Source: an uncultured virus (IMG/VR IMGVR_UViG_3300005002_000003)
Lineage: Duplodnaviria; Heunggongvirae; Uroviricota; Caudoviricetes
Reading direction: 5' to 3' (one strand)
DNA length: 64,000 bases
IMG/VR virus record: IMGVR_UViG_3300005002_000003
Below are positions 9,327 to 18,327 of the stretch, one piece after another. A program made the position numbers and the translations under genes. The notes under the pieces are model-generated. The model was not told the DNA's origin. It ran no database searches and saw only the letters and a list, made by a program, of their open reading frames with translations. Each line of letters starts with the position of its first letter. Within the stretch, counting starts at the first letter, position 1.

Positions 9327-9381
9327 TAATCGTTAGCCCGGGCTCCCACTTGCACACTTTTTTCCCGAAACTAACACAGAT

Positions 9382-10113
9382 ATGCCGCGCATTCAAGAAT
9401 ACGAAGACACTGACCTCCAGGTGCTTGACAGCTTTCAGCCGCAGGACCACCTGCATCCTGATTTCTGGGACCGCATGGGGCACCTGGACACTGGAGTTCG
9501 TGATGATCTCATGGAAATTGCCCGCGACTTCTGGGATTCTGTGAAAATCGACGCTCCGATTCTCGACGTACTGTTCACAGGAAGTCTGGCGAATCTCAAC
9601 TACTCGGCCTACAGCGACATCGACCTCCACATCCTGGTGGATCTCAGCCAGGTCAGCGGCTCTATGGACCTCATCAAAGACTACCTGCAAACCAAAAAGA
9701 ACCTGTGGAACAAGAAGCACGACATCAACATCAAGGGCTTCCCGGTGGAAATCTACACGCAAGACATTCAGGAGCCCGCTGTAAGCACGGGAATTTACTC
9801 CGTTCTCAACGACACCTGGGTGGTGAAGCCCACGGCTGGAGTTTTCCACCCCGACATGCCAGAGGTCAAAACCAAGACCGAGGCCCTGATGGCGGAAATC
9901 GACGCCATCATCTCCCGGGGCGGCCCGGAAGACGTGGATGACTTCATGGCGAAGCTCAAGCGCATGAGAGCGGCGGGCCTACAGAGCGGCGGCGAGGCGT
10001 CTCCGGAGAACCTCGCCTTCAAGGCCATACGGCGCAACGGCTACCTGCAAAAGCTCTCGGATTTCGAAAGCCAGTCCTACGACCTCAGTAAGTCGATCCC
10101 AAAGAGTGAGTGA
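9382..10113 (+). CDS. Pol-beta superfamily nucleotidyltransferase
   Basis: GSLANLNYSAYSDIDLHI (GS...DxD) and PVEIY. Confidence 0.85.
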   Translation: MPRIQEYEDTDLQVLDSFQPQDHLHPDFWDRMGHLDTGVRDDLMEIARDFWDSVKIDAPILDVLFTGSLANLNYSAYSDIDLHILVDLSQVSGSMDLIKDYLQTKKNLWNKKHDINIKGFPVEIYTQDIQEPAVSTGIYSVLNDTWVVKPTAGVFHPDMPEVKTKTEALMAEIDAIISRGGPEDVDDFMAKLKRMRAAGLQSGGEASPENLAFKAIRRNGYLQKLSDFESQSYDLSKSIPKSE

Positions 10114-10143
10114 CGGCATGGCGGCCGCCGGAAAACTGACGTC

Positions 10144-10353
10144 ATGTTGAAGTTGCTCACCCAATTTGCCGGCACACTCCTCGCCGACGCTCTGTATTTT
10201 CTCTATCACGAATGCGGGTGCTGTGGTATCCGCAGGTTTGACGTGCAGAGACGTCAGGGGACCGATATCATCACGGGCCAGCCTCTGCGGGATTCTTACG
10301 GAGTGCTGTGCAACGACTGCTTCCACGACCTCCATATGGAAAGCCCGGAGTGA
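10144..10353 (+). CDS. Small Cys-rich protein
   Basis: CGCC...CNDC. Confidence 0.45.
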   Translation: MLKLLTQFAGTLLADALYFLYHECGCCGIRRFDVQRRQGTDIITGQPLRDSYGVLCNDCFHDLHMESPE

Positions 10354-10378
10354 GGGTGGCCTGTCGGCCTAAAGCCAT

Positions 10379-10795
10379 ATGACTCACCTGGCTCTGGGCA
10401 TCAATTCGCTTCCACATACAATATTGGACTACGGCGATACGGAAGGTGTGTTCCTCACGCATGACGGTATTGATTACAGATGTTGCATGTTTGACGTCGA
10501 GTCTCCAGCAGTGAACAAGTATCGCGTAGCCCGAGTGGATCTCGGGAAGGGAGAAATCTGGATTCGCAAAGCCCTGGGGAAGGCCGAGAATGATCCCGCT
10601 CATCTCGTCACAACTGATGTCGAGCCAGAAGACAAAAACGGGCTTATTGAGGTCATCCTCAACCAGGGAGACGATGAACGCGACGAAGCAGGAAACCCAG
10701 TCTATTTCCCGCTTCGCGTCAGCAGAAGGACCGACATCTCCCTGCGCTTCTATTCACAAGATAAGGAGCATTCGGTCCAGGTTTGTTTTTATTGA
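10379..10795 (+). CDS. Hypothetical, possible head-closure/neck-type virion protein
   Basis: Beta-rich 138 aa ORF; CTAA-N6-ATG. Confidence 0.6.
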   Translation: MTHLALGINSLPHTILDYGDTEGVFLTHDGIDYRCCMFDVESPAVNKYRVARVDLGKGEIWIRKALGKAENDPAHLVTTDVEPEDKNGLIEVILNQGDDERDEAGNPVYFPLRVSRRTDISLRFYSQDKEHSVQVCFY

Positions 10796-10798
10796 GTC

Positions 10799-11593
10799 TC
10801 ACTCCTCCACCGGGATGGCGGCTTTGCAGGCCTCGGCTGTTGGGTGGCATTCGTCCCAGTTCCAGGTGTTATCTTTGGTATCCAGGACACCGTTTACTCC
10901 TACCAGATTAACTGTGCGCTTGTAGATTATTAGTTCCGGGATTGGATCGCCTACGTTCAGAATCAGTCTCTTGGAGGATACTGTAGCATAGAACTCCTCC
11001 CCCGGCAGAAACGGGAACCGCTTGCGGAGGGCGTCGTATTTGGCGGCCTTGTCGATAGCCTCATTTGACGGGAGGTATGTCATTGCCTTCAGCCGCTCCA
11101 CTTCTGCCCGTGCCGCAATCAGTGCTTCAGCGACATGCTGAATGGCATCGATGCCGAAAGGAAACTCGTCCGCGAGCCCGTATTCGAGCAATGCGCGCGT
11201 TTGGTGATCCGATTCCCACTCCTTCGCACAGCTTGCAACGTCCGGCGCACAGCACTTTTGATGCATGAGCCGCTCCACTTCTGCCTCTAGCTCTTTGATG
11301 CGGGCGTTGTCCTGGGTTTTCTTGCAAAGAGAGCCTGGCATGATGCATTCGCGCTCTCGCATCCACTCCCGCACAGCGTCTGCGATGACTTCTGCTTCTG
11401 CGGTCACCATGTGCGACCGGGCGCGCGGCTCGTAAAAACCCCGGCTTGCGTCCATTATCACTTGCTCAAGTGTTCGTGTGTCCATTTTGCTCTCCTTGTG
11501 GCATTTGCAATCAATCAGAGGCGCGCCGCAGTCCCGGCACTGGCCGTTGTATAGTGTGCTATCCATTGCCTTGCTCCCCGTATGGTATATCAA
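10799..11593 (-). CDS. Mosaic accessory protein (strong internal start at 11485)
   Basis: Repeated AEVERL coiled segments; AAGGAG SD before MDTRT. Confidence 0.6.
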   Translation of the reverse strand: MIYHTGSKAMDSTLYNGQCRDCGAPLIDCKCHKESKMDTRTLEQVIMDASRGFYEPRARSHMVTAEAEVIADAVREWMRERECIMPGSLCKKTQDNARIKELEAEVERLMHQKCCAPDVASCAKEWESDHQTRALLEYGLADEFPFGIDAIQHVAEALIAARAEVERLKAMTYLPSNEAIDKAAKYDALRKRFPFLPGEEFYATVSSKRLILNVGDPIPELIIYKRTVNLVGVNGVLDTKDNTWNWDECHPTAEACKAAIPVEE

Positions 11594-11756
11594 TTTGATT
11601 CAGGTCACTATGCAAATCGGGCTGTCGGGCTGGTTGTCCATGATGATCCCAACTTCGAGGGCTTGTCTTGCAGGAAATGCAGACAACATCAGTGCCCGCT
11701 GACGGTTCATGTCCTCCAAGGAATCCTTTTATTTCTGCCAATCTTTCTGGTTTCAT
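11559..11756 (-). CDS. Small hypothetical protein
   Basis: ATGA-coupled; MKPERLAEI resembles the MIPERLDEI start at 12770. Confidence 0.45.
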   Translation of the reverse strand: MKPERLAEIKGFLGGHEPSAGTDVVCISCKTSPRSWDHHGQPARQPDLHSDLNQIDIPYGEQGNG

Positions 11757-11944
11757 CTTCCACAATTCCCAATCAGAATGCCGATTGCCAGGCACCAGCA
11801 AATTGCTGTGAACAGCAAGGCAAGCATGGGTGTGCCTAAATCGTAATCCCTCGCTCGGCCAGCGATTCCGTAAAAACCAATCACTCCTACGACAAAGAGG
11901 GCAATGACCCAGTGGTACCATAGAACTGTAATCGTAAATATCAT
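11753..11944 (-). CDS. Small two-TM membrane protein
   Basis: Two hydrophobic helices, GGGAG SD. Confidence 0.6.
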   Translation of the reverse strand: MIFTITVLWYHWVIALFVVGVIGFYGIAGRARDYDLGTPMLALLFTAICWCLAIGILIGNCGR

Positions 11945-12054
11945 CCCTTACTCTCCCTTTACACATTTGATGGCGCGGATATGCTCAACCGCGCCTCTAT
12001 TGCTGTCTGTGTGTGGCTTTAGCCAGTCCAGTATCTCTTGCTTTGCGTCTTTAC

Positions 12055-12333
12055 TCACTTTGTGGCCCTCTTGTGTGGTTTGATTCTGTGAGCAATTCGC
12101 ACATCAATCCGGATGCGAGCCATGAACCGTTTTTCCGCTTTGTGCGCTTCGGAGCCAGTCAAGAGCCCCAACACTCGCAACTCAGAAATGGCTTTTGCTC
12201 TGCGCTCCCAGTGTTCGGAGTGCTCTAACACAAACCCTTGGTCCTTGAGCTGCTTCGCCAGCGGTTCGCATAGCATCCCAAATCTAAGCGAAAAGGTTGC
12301 TCTATCCCTTGCATGCTTCGCATTTTGGTTCAT
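12055..12333 (-). CDS. Hypothetical protein
   Basis: ATGA-coupled start MNQNAKH. Confidence 0.55.
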   Translation of the reverse strand: MNQNAKHARDRATFSLRFGMLCEPLAKQLKDQGFVLEHSEHWERRAKAISELRVLGLLTGSEAHKAEKRFMARIRIDVRIAHRIKPHKRATK

Positions 12334-12770
12334 TGCTTGTACCTGAGCTTTGTTACCATGATGGTTTGAGGGCCACAAGCGATTACGCTCTCCAACGCAA
12401 AGACGGCCTGAGACCATGCTTGCTGGCATCTGCCGTAATTTGCCGCATTACCGAGACTATTCATGCCGGGCTCCCCGTATCCAGCATACGCTTCAGCTTC
12501 AGGATTTCCGCCAACTCCAAATAATTCCTCTAGCCCTTTGACGCGTAAGTAGAGTTCCATTATCTCTTTTTCCAGCTCACTCGGTGCGTCTTTGTTTTCG
12601 CTGGTCAGGACTGCCGCTTGCATATCTTGGCGACCGTTCTTCTCTGCTATTTCAGCACGCGCTCGCTCGGCTGCCAGTGCCTCAGTGAGTTCGTCCACCA
12701 TGCTGTTCAGTGCGAGCCAGGACAGATTGCCCCTGCGCTGTCGTATCTCGTCCAATCTCTCTGGTATCAT
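12330..12770 (-). CDS. Hypothetical coiled-coil accessory protein
   Basis: GAGG SD, operon continuity. Confidence 0.6.
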   Translation of the reverse strand: MIPERLDEIRQRRGNLSWLALNSMVDELTEALAAERARAEIAEKNGRQDMQAAVLTSENKDAPSELEKEIMELYLRVKGLEELFGVGGNPEAEAYAGYGEPGMNSLGNAANYGRCQQAWSQAVFALESVIACGPQTIMVTKLRYKQ

Positions 12771-12773
12771 CCC

Positions 12774-12965
12774 TTACCTCTCTATGGATTTCCACGGACC
12801 AAGCTTGTGCTTTTTGAACCGGAGCGCATTCCTGTAAAACCGAATGGCAGGCACTCCTGGCTTGCGCACGCAACATGGCCCCCATGCGGCGGTTACGGTG
12901 TTCCAGTGATACTGGTCCATCTTATGCATGAGCCACCATGCGCGGATTCTGCGGAGACATTTCAT
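12774..12965 (-). CDS. Small hypothetical protein
   Basis: ATGA-coupled. Confidence 0.5.
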   Translation of the reverse strand: MKCLRRIRAWWLMHKMDQYHWNTVTAAWGPCCVRKPGVPAIRFYRNALRFKKHKLGPWKSIER

Positions 12966-13327
12966 CTCTTACTCTCCCTTACACATTTGATGGCGGCGAG
13001 GCAGAGGGCGTGGTAGGGTGCCCAACCAGGCTCTTGATCTACTGCATACCAGAACCCAGAGGGCTCCTTCTCTTTGGGGATCTTCCGAACGGAGAATGTC
13101 CCAACGCGAATCTTCTTTGCGCCTATGGATGGTAGCCATGAGCTGTGGTTCTTCTCCCATTCAAGACCGGCGGCTTGTATCGCTATGTCCACTGCGGTTA
13201 GGTCGTTGGCATAGTCGGGGAGGCACACACCCGTCTTCGCGCAAAACGGGCCACCCCCGACAGTCACCCCGTCTGGATACCCCGCCACCTCCCGCGCAAA
13301 TGCCAGTGAAATTTCAGAGGGTGTCAT
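12962..13327 (-). CDS. Phage ABA-sandwich-like accessory protein
   Basis: PDYANDLTA...APYHALCLAAIK pattern; AGGAGG SD before MTPSEI. Confidence 0.55.
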   Translation of the reverse strand: MTPSEISLAFAREVAGYPDGVTVGGGPFCAKTGVCLPDYANDLTAVDIAIQAAGLEWEKNHSSWLPSIGAKKIRVGTFSVRKIPKEKEPSGFWYAVDQEPGWAPYHALCLAAIKCVRESKR

Positions 13328-13554
13328 TTCTTTTCCTCCTTGTATGTCACCGCAAGACCGATTTCGTCCATAATAAGAAGGGGGACCCGTAACATCACAC
13401 TTGTTTGTGAATTCGCACTCCATACAGTTCCGCCCACGTTGCAGATCTTCTCATAGATGCGCCCCAGTTCATAAGCGTCCTCAGCATTCGTGGCGTGGAT
13501 ATCCAGCACTGGACCAGAATGATCGCTATTTTCAACCGTGAATTCTACTCTCAT
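13324..13554 (-). CDS. Hypothetical protein
   Basis: ATGA-coupled at both ends. Confidence 0.55.
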   Translation of the reverse strand: MRVEFTVENSDHSGPVLDIHATNAEDAYELGRIYEKICNVGGTVWSANSQTSVMLRVPLLIMDEIGLAVTYKEEKK

Positions 13555-14069
13555 TTCAGCACCCCCAGCAATTTGAGCAGGCGCTCACCGTCTGATTGGG
13601 TAGCGGGCCATGGGGCTACGCAGATAACCAGGCCTCCCATCAGCTCCTTAACTGTGATTTGTTTTGCTGTTTGGTTTTCAATCTTGCTCACTATGATAGA
13701 ATAATCGTTTCTGTGCCAGATTGGGTGCCCGCTAATACGCGCAAAGCCGCACAGCGTCGGATCGAAAGGACGATCGTCAATCGGCTCCTTCCCCGCAAAG
13801 AATGAAGTCTTCCGATCCTTGAGGAATAGCTTCAGCCTTTGGATTGCATTCCGATATGCAATATCTCGTCTCCCGTTTTCCTTTGCTCGGCGCTCTGCTT
13901 CTTCGATCAGGTCAGCGCATTCCTGGGCCAGCGGCACCCCGTCTCCTATCGGCTCCAGTGTGTGGGTGTCGAGGATTTTGCGGATGCGGTCCTCTTCTGA
14001 CTGACTCAGTGGGCGGGCGTATCTCACGCAACGCCTGAGCGTTTCATGTATCTCTTGCTTTGCGTTCAT
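13551..14069 (-). CDS. Hypothetical protein
   Basis: ATGA-coupled at both ends. Confidence 0.6.
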   Translation of the reverse strand: MNAKQEIHETLRRCVRYARPLSQSEEDRIRKILDTHTLEPIGDGVPLAQECADLIEEAERRAKENGRRDIAYRNAIQRLKLFLKDRKTSFFAGKEPIDDRPFDPTLCGFARISGHPIWHRNDYSIIVSKIENQTAKQITVKELMGGLVICVAPWPATQSDGERLLKLLGVLK

Positions 14070-14521
14070 ACATTCTCTACCCGCATGTCCATGAGGAAGT
14101 TGCGAATCACTCTGAATTCTACGTTTCGATAGGAGCCTGCCGCATAAATGCGGACCTCACGACCCAGGTTATGGCGGTCTTGCGCCAGGTAGTCTTTGCA
14201 ACCCTGCTCAGTGAAGCAGGCTGTCACAAATTCCCAGCGGTCTCTGTAGCCAACTCTGTGGTATTTGTCTTTCAGGCAGTCTTGGTCCCCGTGCTCCCAA
14301 ATCCGATCCAGACGGGCCGCAAGTCGCGGATTATTGATCACCGCAGGGTCACCGTTTTTCTGGGAAATCCATTCCCAGTTGTCCGCGTAGTCGTCATCGT
14401 ATCCGTAGTCGCGAACCTTCTGTTGGACGACGAACATTGGCGCATCTGTGATGCGGTTATCCTGCGTGCGCAGGTTCTCTCCGATAGAGAGAAGTTGGTC
14501 GAGTAGCTTTGCGTTATTCAT
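14066..14521 (-). CDS. Phage accessory protein (Ead/Ea22-associated domain-like)
   Basis: NLRTQDNRITDAPMFVVQ...FVTACFTEQGCKDYL...RIYAAGSYRN, a motif common in phage accessory proteins. Confidence 0.7.
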   Translation of the reverse strand: MNNAKLLDQLLSIGENLRTQDNRITDAPMFVVQQKVRDYGYDDDYADNWEWISQKNGDPAVINNPRLAARLDRIWEHGDQDCLKDKYHRVGYRDRWEFVTACFTEQGCKDYLAQDRHNLGREVRIYAAGSYRNVEFRVIRNFLMDMRVENV

Positions 14522-14777
14522 ATACAGTATACCCTCCCTCTTTCAAGGCATTACAATATTCTGTGAATTCGCGGGCATGGTTGCCATACTCGCATCTTCC
14601 TGTATAGGAAGATCCGTTACAGCAATGACAACGATTACGTGCTATTTTGTAGCAGACAGTATCATCCCGCAGTCGTTGTGCCTGTTCGATTGTGTCCTGG
14701 GATTTCACAACCTTGCTGTTGTCTTGCCGGGGATAACAACCAAGAACGAATACTAGAGCAACTATTAATTTCTTCAT
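14514..14777 (-). CDS. Putative small lipoprotein
   Basis: MKKLIVALVFVLG-C lipobox, Cys-rich mature part, GAGGTG SD. Confidence 0.6.
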   Translation of the reverse strand: MKKLIVALVFVLGCYPRQDNSKVVKSQDTIEQAQRLRDDTVCYKIARNRCHCCNGSSYTGRCEYGNHAREFTEYCNALKEGGYTVYE

Positions 14778-14782
14778 AGTGA

Positions 14783-15043
14783 TCACCTCGACACCGATAT
14801 ACCGCATTTCGGACCGTCATCGAATCCTCTCTGACAGAAGCATGTGCCAACAACTGTGCCGTCGGCAAGCTTTATGACGGTGAAGTCGCAACCTCCATAA
14901 CTTTCAGCTTCACGATGAAAAGTGTAGAGCAGTGAACTACGTGAACTCTGGGCCTCCAGGTTCAGAGGCGGCCAGGTCAGCGCCAGATACGTCAGCGGTG
15001 GGGTGACGAAGATTGCAAAAATCGCGAGTGTTAGTCTTTTCAT
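14783..15043 (-). CDS. Small secreted/membrane protein
   Basis: Signal-like N-terminus, GAGGTG SD. Confidence 0.55.
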   Translation of the reverse strand: MKRLTLAIFAIFVTPPLTYLALTWPPLNLEAQSSRSSLLYTFHREAESYGGCDFTVIKLADGTVVGTCFCQRGFDDGPKCGISVSR

Positions 15044-15264
15044 GTGTCACCTCTTTTCTTTCTTCTGTAGTCGTCAAGCATCTGAAGCGCGAGACGAAGT
15101 TGTTCTTCGCACTCCTCGACGTAATCTTCAAGACATTCCGTAGTTGTGGCATCAGAGCGATTCGAAAAATCGCCTTCTCCGTCCCCTGTAATCAGATACC
15201 CCGATGGATATAGAGTGTCACCTTCTGGCATCTTTTGAATGTGTGTAATGTAATGCCTGATCAT
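15040..15264 (-). CDS. Hypothetical protein
   Basis: ATGA-coupled. Confidence 0.55.
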   Translation of the reverse strand: MIRHYITHIQKMPEGDTLYPSGYLITGDGEGDFSNRSDATTTECLEDYVEECEEQLRLALQMLDDYRRKKRGDT

Positions 15265-15773
15265 ACTCTGCCTTCCCGCGCATCCCGTGCTTCTGGTGAA
15301 TTATTCCAGTCAAGATATTGAAGATCATATCCAAGAATCCTTTCAGCTTTCTGCGCATCTGCGTAGCGGGCGAATCTTACTGGATAATAGGGTACTACGA
15401 ATTCTTCTGTTCTTCTAATTATCACAGAAAAGGATGACGTTAGGTCGGTCGCAGGGCCAAGCACCGCACAGATTTTCTGTAATTTGCGGCGGACCTGAGT
15501 TGCTTTGTTCTCCCATTCCGCTTGTTCTCGTGTTTGATAGGCGTAATAATCCTGCCTGCTGGGATTGTTGTATGCTCCCCAAATACTATGACAGGGGTCA
15601 TCTAAACGCTTGATGATTGCCCACCCCGCTTCTTTATAGGGAGCAAATCTCTCATCATCGTTCTGAACAGAGGCGGCTTTCAGTGCCTCTATTTGTTTCG
15701 CCTGTAACTCAATCTGGCGTTGGAGTTCCTTATTGGACTCCTCAAGTTTTTGGATTTGCTCTTGTTGGTTCAT
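15261..15773 (-). CDS. Hypothetical protein with N-terminal coiled coil
   Basis: AAGGA SD, operon continuity. Confidence 0.65.
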   Translation of the reverse strand: MNQQEQIQKLEESNKELQRQIELQAKQIEALKAASVQNDDERFAPYKEAGWAIIKRLDDPCHSIWGAYNNPSRQDYYAYQTREQAEWENKATQVRRKLQKICAVLGPATDLTSSFSVIIRRTEEFVVPYYPVRFARYADAQKAERILGYDLQYLDWNNSPEARDAREGRV

Positions 15774-15905
15774 AGATTTCCTTCTTTCAAAATATCTTCT
15801 AACTGAACGAACCGCAAATAAGAGGACAGCTACCCATATAGTAGATATCGCTAGAACTCCAGAGATCCAACCCCAATACGGCTCTAATCCTCTTCAGGGT
15901 CTTTC

Positions 15906-16427
15906 TCATAATCCCTGACCCTCTTCGCCTTCTATGATTACGGGAATACAGGCTATTCGTCGTTCGTTGACTGATGACATGCGATCTGCTACGTATTTGC
16001 TACCATAGGCTAAAATGTCTCCATTATGCATACCCTCCGGGTAGACATTCACCCATACTTCCCGCCGGAATTTCTTACGGACTTCGATCAAGTCGAGAAT
16101 CCGAGAATCTGGGTGTACAGCACGGCCTCCCCGGGTGTACATTACGACAGAGCTTATGGTTGGTCCGTACCCTACAATCGCCACTACAGGCGTGTCTCCA
16201 GGGCCGTCATCGCATAGTATCCTGACGTTTCCACCGTCTCTGGTTGTATATTCTTTCCTAATGTCGATTGGGTTTTGGTTTTCCATGGATGCTGTTTGCT
16301 CCTTTTTGTTTTCGTGCTCAACGATCTCTTTACATATCTTTACACACTCATTGCAAATACAGGCGGCGGGGCCGCGTATGATGAGTTTTACGGCTCCATC
16401 GGTCTTCCCGCAGAACGAACATTCCAT
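15906..16427 (-). CDS. ClpX-type C4 zinc-binding domain fused to an accessory domain
   Basis: CSFCGK...[18 protein letters not shown] is the ClpX zinc-binding domain signature; no ATPase domain. Confidence 0.8.
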   Translation of the reverse strand: MECSFCGKTDGAVKLIIRGPAACICNECVKICKEIVEHENKKEQTASMENQNPIDIRKEYTTRDGGNVRILCDDGPGDTPVVAIVGYGPTISSVVMYTRGGRAVHPDSRILDLIEVRKKFRREVWVNVYPEGMHNGDILAYGSKYVADRMSSVNERRIACIPVIIEGEEGQGL

Positions 16428-17210
16428 CTACTTGCACTCCTTCTTGAATGCGAACTTGCAGTCTCCTGTAGCTTGACCTGCGGCAAAGCAGGAGTAGCAA
16501 CATACATCTGCGATCTTACGCTCGTCCTGAAGTCTGGCTACAAGTTCATCTGCTGAAAGCAGGCGTGGTATGAAGCCGCCCTGAAAACACCCGGGTACAG
16601 GTAACATATCATCTCCCTTGCAGACGTCAAAACCCGGCAACTGACGGATCTCTCGCCACCAGGAGTCCTTGAGTCCTGTTACAACGTCTGCTGGACGCAC
16701 CAGCACATGAAAGCCCCCGCGCGTCTGCACGACATCCACAGCGTCCAGATTTACCGCAGAGGAGAGATTTCGAGGAAGCGGGCCGTCGAAATCAAAACTG
16801 ACAAACTTTTTTTTGCCGTGTGCCTTGTGGATTTCGGATAACGTCATCGCCATGTTTTCCCTGTATCCTCGACAAACTGCGTCTGCACAGCGCATGAGCA
16901 GGTTCCGCAGAGCCCGATCTTGATCGCGAGGGTTTGGCGTGACGTACACCGCGAGACTCTCCTCTGGCACGTCATACGCACCACGTCGGCATTCGAACTG
17001 TGCAATGCTCCGGAACATGGTTTCCTTCGTACAAGTAGTTCTGCGGATCTCGGACTCCGATTTCACCAGTCCGCGATTTTCTTCGGAACAATACTTCCGG
17101 CGCGCCAGCAGGCTCACGTAGTAGGTCTCGGAACGTTCGAGATCCGGAAGCCAGTTGATGAATTTCCGCAGTTCGTCGGCATCAAGGATGAGGTCGTGTG
17201 CTGAATTCAT
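16428..17210 (-). CDS. Probable AEP (primase-polymerase) fold protein
   Basis: FVSFDFDG (DxD) and QTRGGFHVL motifs; start coupled to the upstream stop. Confidence 0.55.
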   Translation of the reverse strand: MNSAHDLILDADELRKFINWLPDLERSETYYVSLLARRKYCSEENRGLVKSESEIRRTTCTKETMFRSIAQFECRRGAYDVPEESLAVYVTPNPRDQDRALRNLLMRCADAVCRGYRENMAMTLSEIHKAHGKKKFVSFDFDGPLPRNLSSAVNLDAVDVVQTRGGFHVLVRPADVVTGLKDSWWREIRQLPGFDVCKGDDMLPVPGCFQGGFIPRLLSADELVARLQDERKIADVCCYSCFAAGQATGDCKFAFKKECK

Positions 17211-17446
17211 TTTCTTTTCCATGAGAAAACTTCTTCTGTGATACGGCGTTTTGCCGGCGGCCGGGGCCTCGGCGGGCCTTCCGTTAGAGGACGCGAGGGC
17301 AGTAGCTCTCCCTGGGGCTGTCTGGACTCCGCACGCTGAGCCAGGGTCGCGGTCTTCGTGAGGTCGTGATACACGGGCTTGCGGTAACGTCGATAGGTAA
17401 GCACTGACAGCACAACAAGCACAGCCACAAGTAAGGGGGTTTCCAT
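17207..17446 (-). CDS. Small membrane-anchored protein, probably leaderless
   Basis: N-terminal TM helix; ATG 6 nt after the -10 box. Confidence 0.55.
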   Translation of the reverse strand: METPLLVAVLVVLSVLTYRRYRKPVYHDLTKTATLAQRAESRQPQGELLPSRPLTEGPPRPRPPAKRRITEEVFSWKRK

Positions 17447-17452
17447 GTCGCC

Positions 17453-17480
17453 ATCCTACAGACGGCCGTAACAAAGTCAA
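17453..17480 (-). promoter_or_regulatory. Sigma70-like promoter heading the accessory operon
   Basis: TTGACT-16 nt-TAGGAT. Confidence 0.6.
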
Positions 17481-17523
17481 CCTGATTTCAATTGCTGAGG
17501 GCCGCCTGCCGTCCTAACGTCGT

Positions 17524-18327
17524 ATGAAAATTTCCGACATCAATCTTGATCTCATCAAAAAAATTGCCGCCAACAACTGCCTGGATCTCAGATACCCGGC
17601 TATCGTTGTGTTCCGACATACAGGCCCTGATACGCAGGGCAACCTCCAGCGTGTTTTGAATACCGGCGCCAACCTCATGGACGTCGTGGTGGGCTGTGAT
17701 GCCAATGGCGTAAAGGTTTGCGGCCTGGGGAGGAGTATCCCGCATACAAAATACCTGGAGGAGCAAGCTCAAGGCAAGTCGAACTGCAACTACGTCGAGT
17801 CTCAATACCAGCCACAGATGTGGGTGCGCGGCAACCACCTGGGGTATACGGGCCTCGTGCAACAGGGCACCACACTGATCCACCGCACTCGTGACGCCGT
17901 GCTCGGCAATGCCGACGACTACATCCAGTACGGCGCAGAAGGTCGCGTGGGCAACAACTTTCATGGCTATGCGCCATTCAGCGCCGGCTGTACGACTCTG
18001 AACGGCAACATGAGTCGCTACCCCGCTACTGCAAAAGGTAGCTCCGCAGACTGGGCGGCTTTCGAAGCCTGGTTTGCCGCAAAGCCTGAAGACACAATCT
18101 ACGCCGGTCTCTGGCTGGAATTCGATGACCTGGTTGCCCGGCCGGCACTGCGCATCGGAAGTCGTGGCGCGGCTGTAACTAAGCTACAGACAGCACTGAA
18201 GCTCGAAGCCGATGGCGTGTTTGGACCGCAGACTTTCTTGAAAGTGAAGGCATGCGGAGTGAAGGACGGCATCGTGACTCAAGAGTTTTCAGCGGCTCTC
18301 GGAGTCAGCTTTGAGCAAACCGCATAA
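17524..18327 (+). CDS. Probable endolysin: L,D-transpeptidase-like domain plus peptidoglycan-binding domain
   Basis: NFHGYAPFSAGC (H...SxGC) and LRIGSRGAAVTKLQTALKLEADGVFGPQT. Confidence 0.75.
   Translation: MKISDINLDLIKKIAANNCLDLRYPAIVVFRHTGPDTQGNLQRVLNTGANLMDVVVGCDANGVKVCGLGRSIPHTKYLEEQAQGKSNCNYVESQYQPQMWVRGNHLGYTGLVQQGTTLIHRTRDAVLGNADDYIQYGAEGRVGNNFHGYAPFSAGCTTLNGNMSRYPATAKGSSADWAAFEAWFAAKPEDTIYAGLWLEFDDLVARPALRIGSRGAAVTKLQTALKLEADGVFGPQTFLKVKACGVKDGIVTQEFSAALGVSFEQTA

Larger units (their letters stand above)
11947..12995. repeat. 28-29 bp direct repeat (11947-11975 and 12968-12995)
   Basis: CTTACTCTCCCTT(T)ACACATTTGATGGCG at both sites, each spanning a gene end plus the next RBS. Confidence 0.85.

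Noticed and set aside
17211..17480. N-terminal extension of the 350 aa ORF 16428..17480
   Set aside because: It overlaps a better leaderless ORF and the promoter itself; a coupled start exists at 17210
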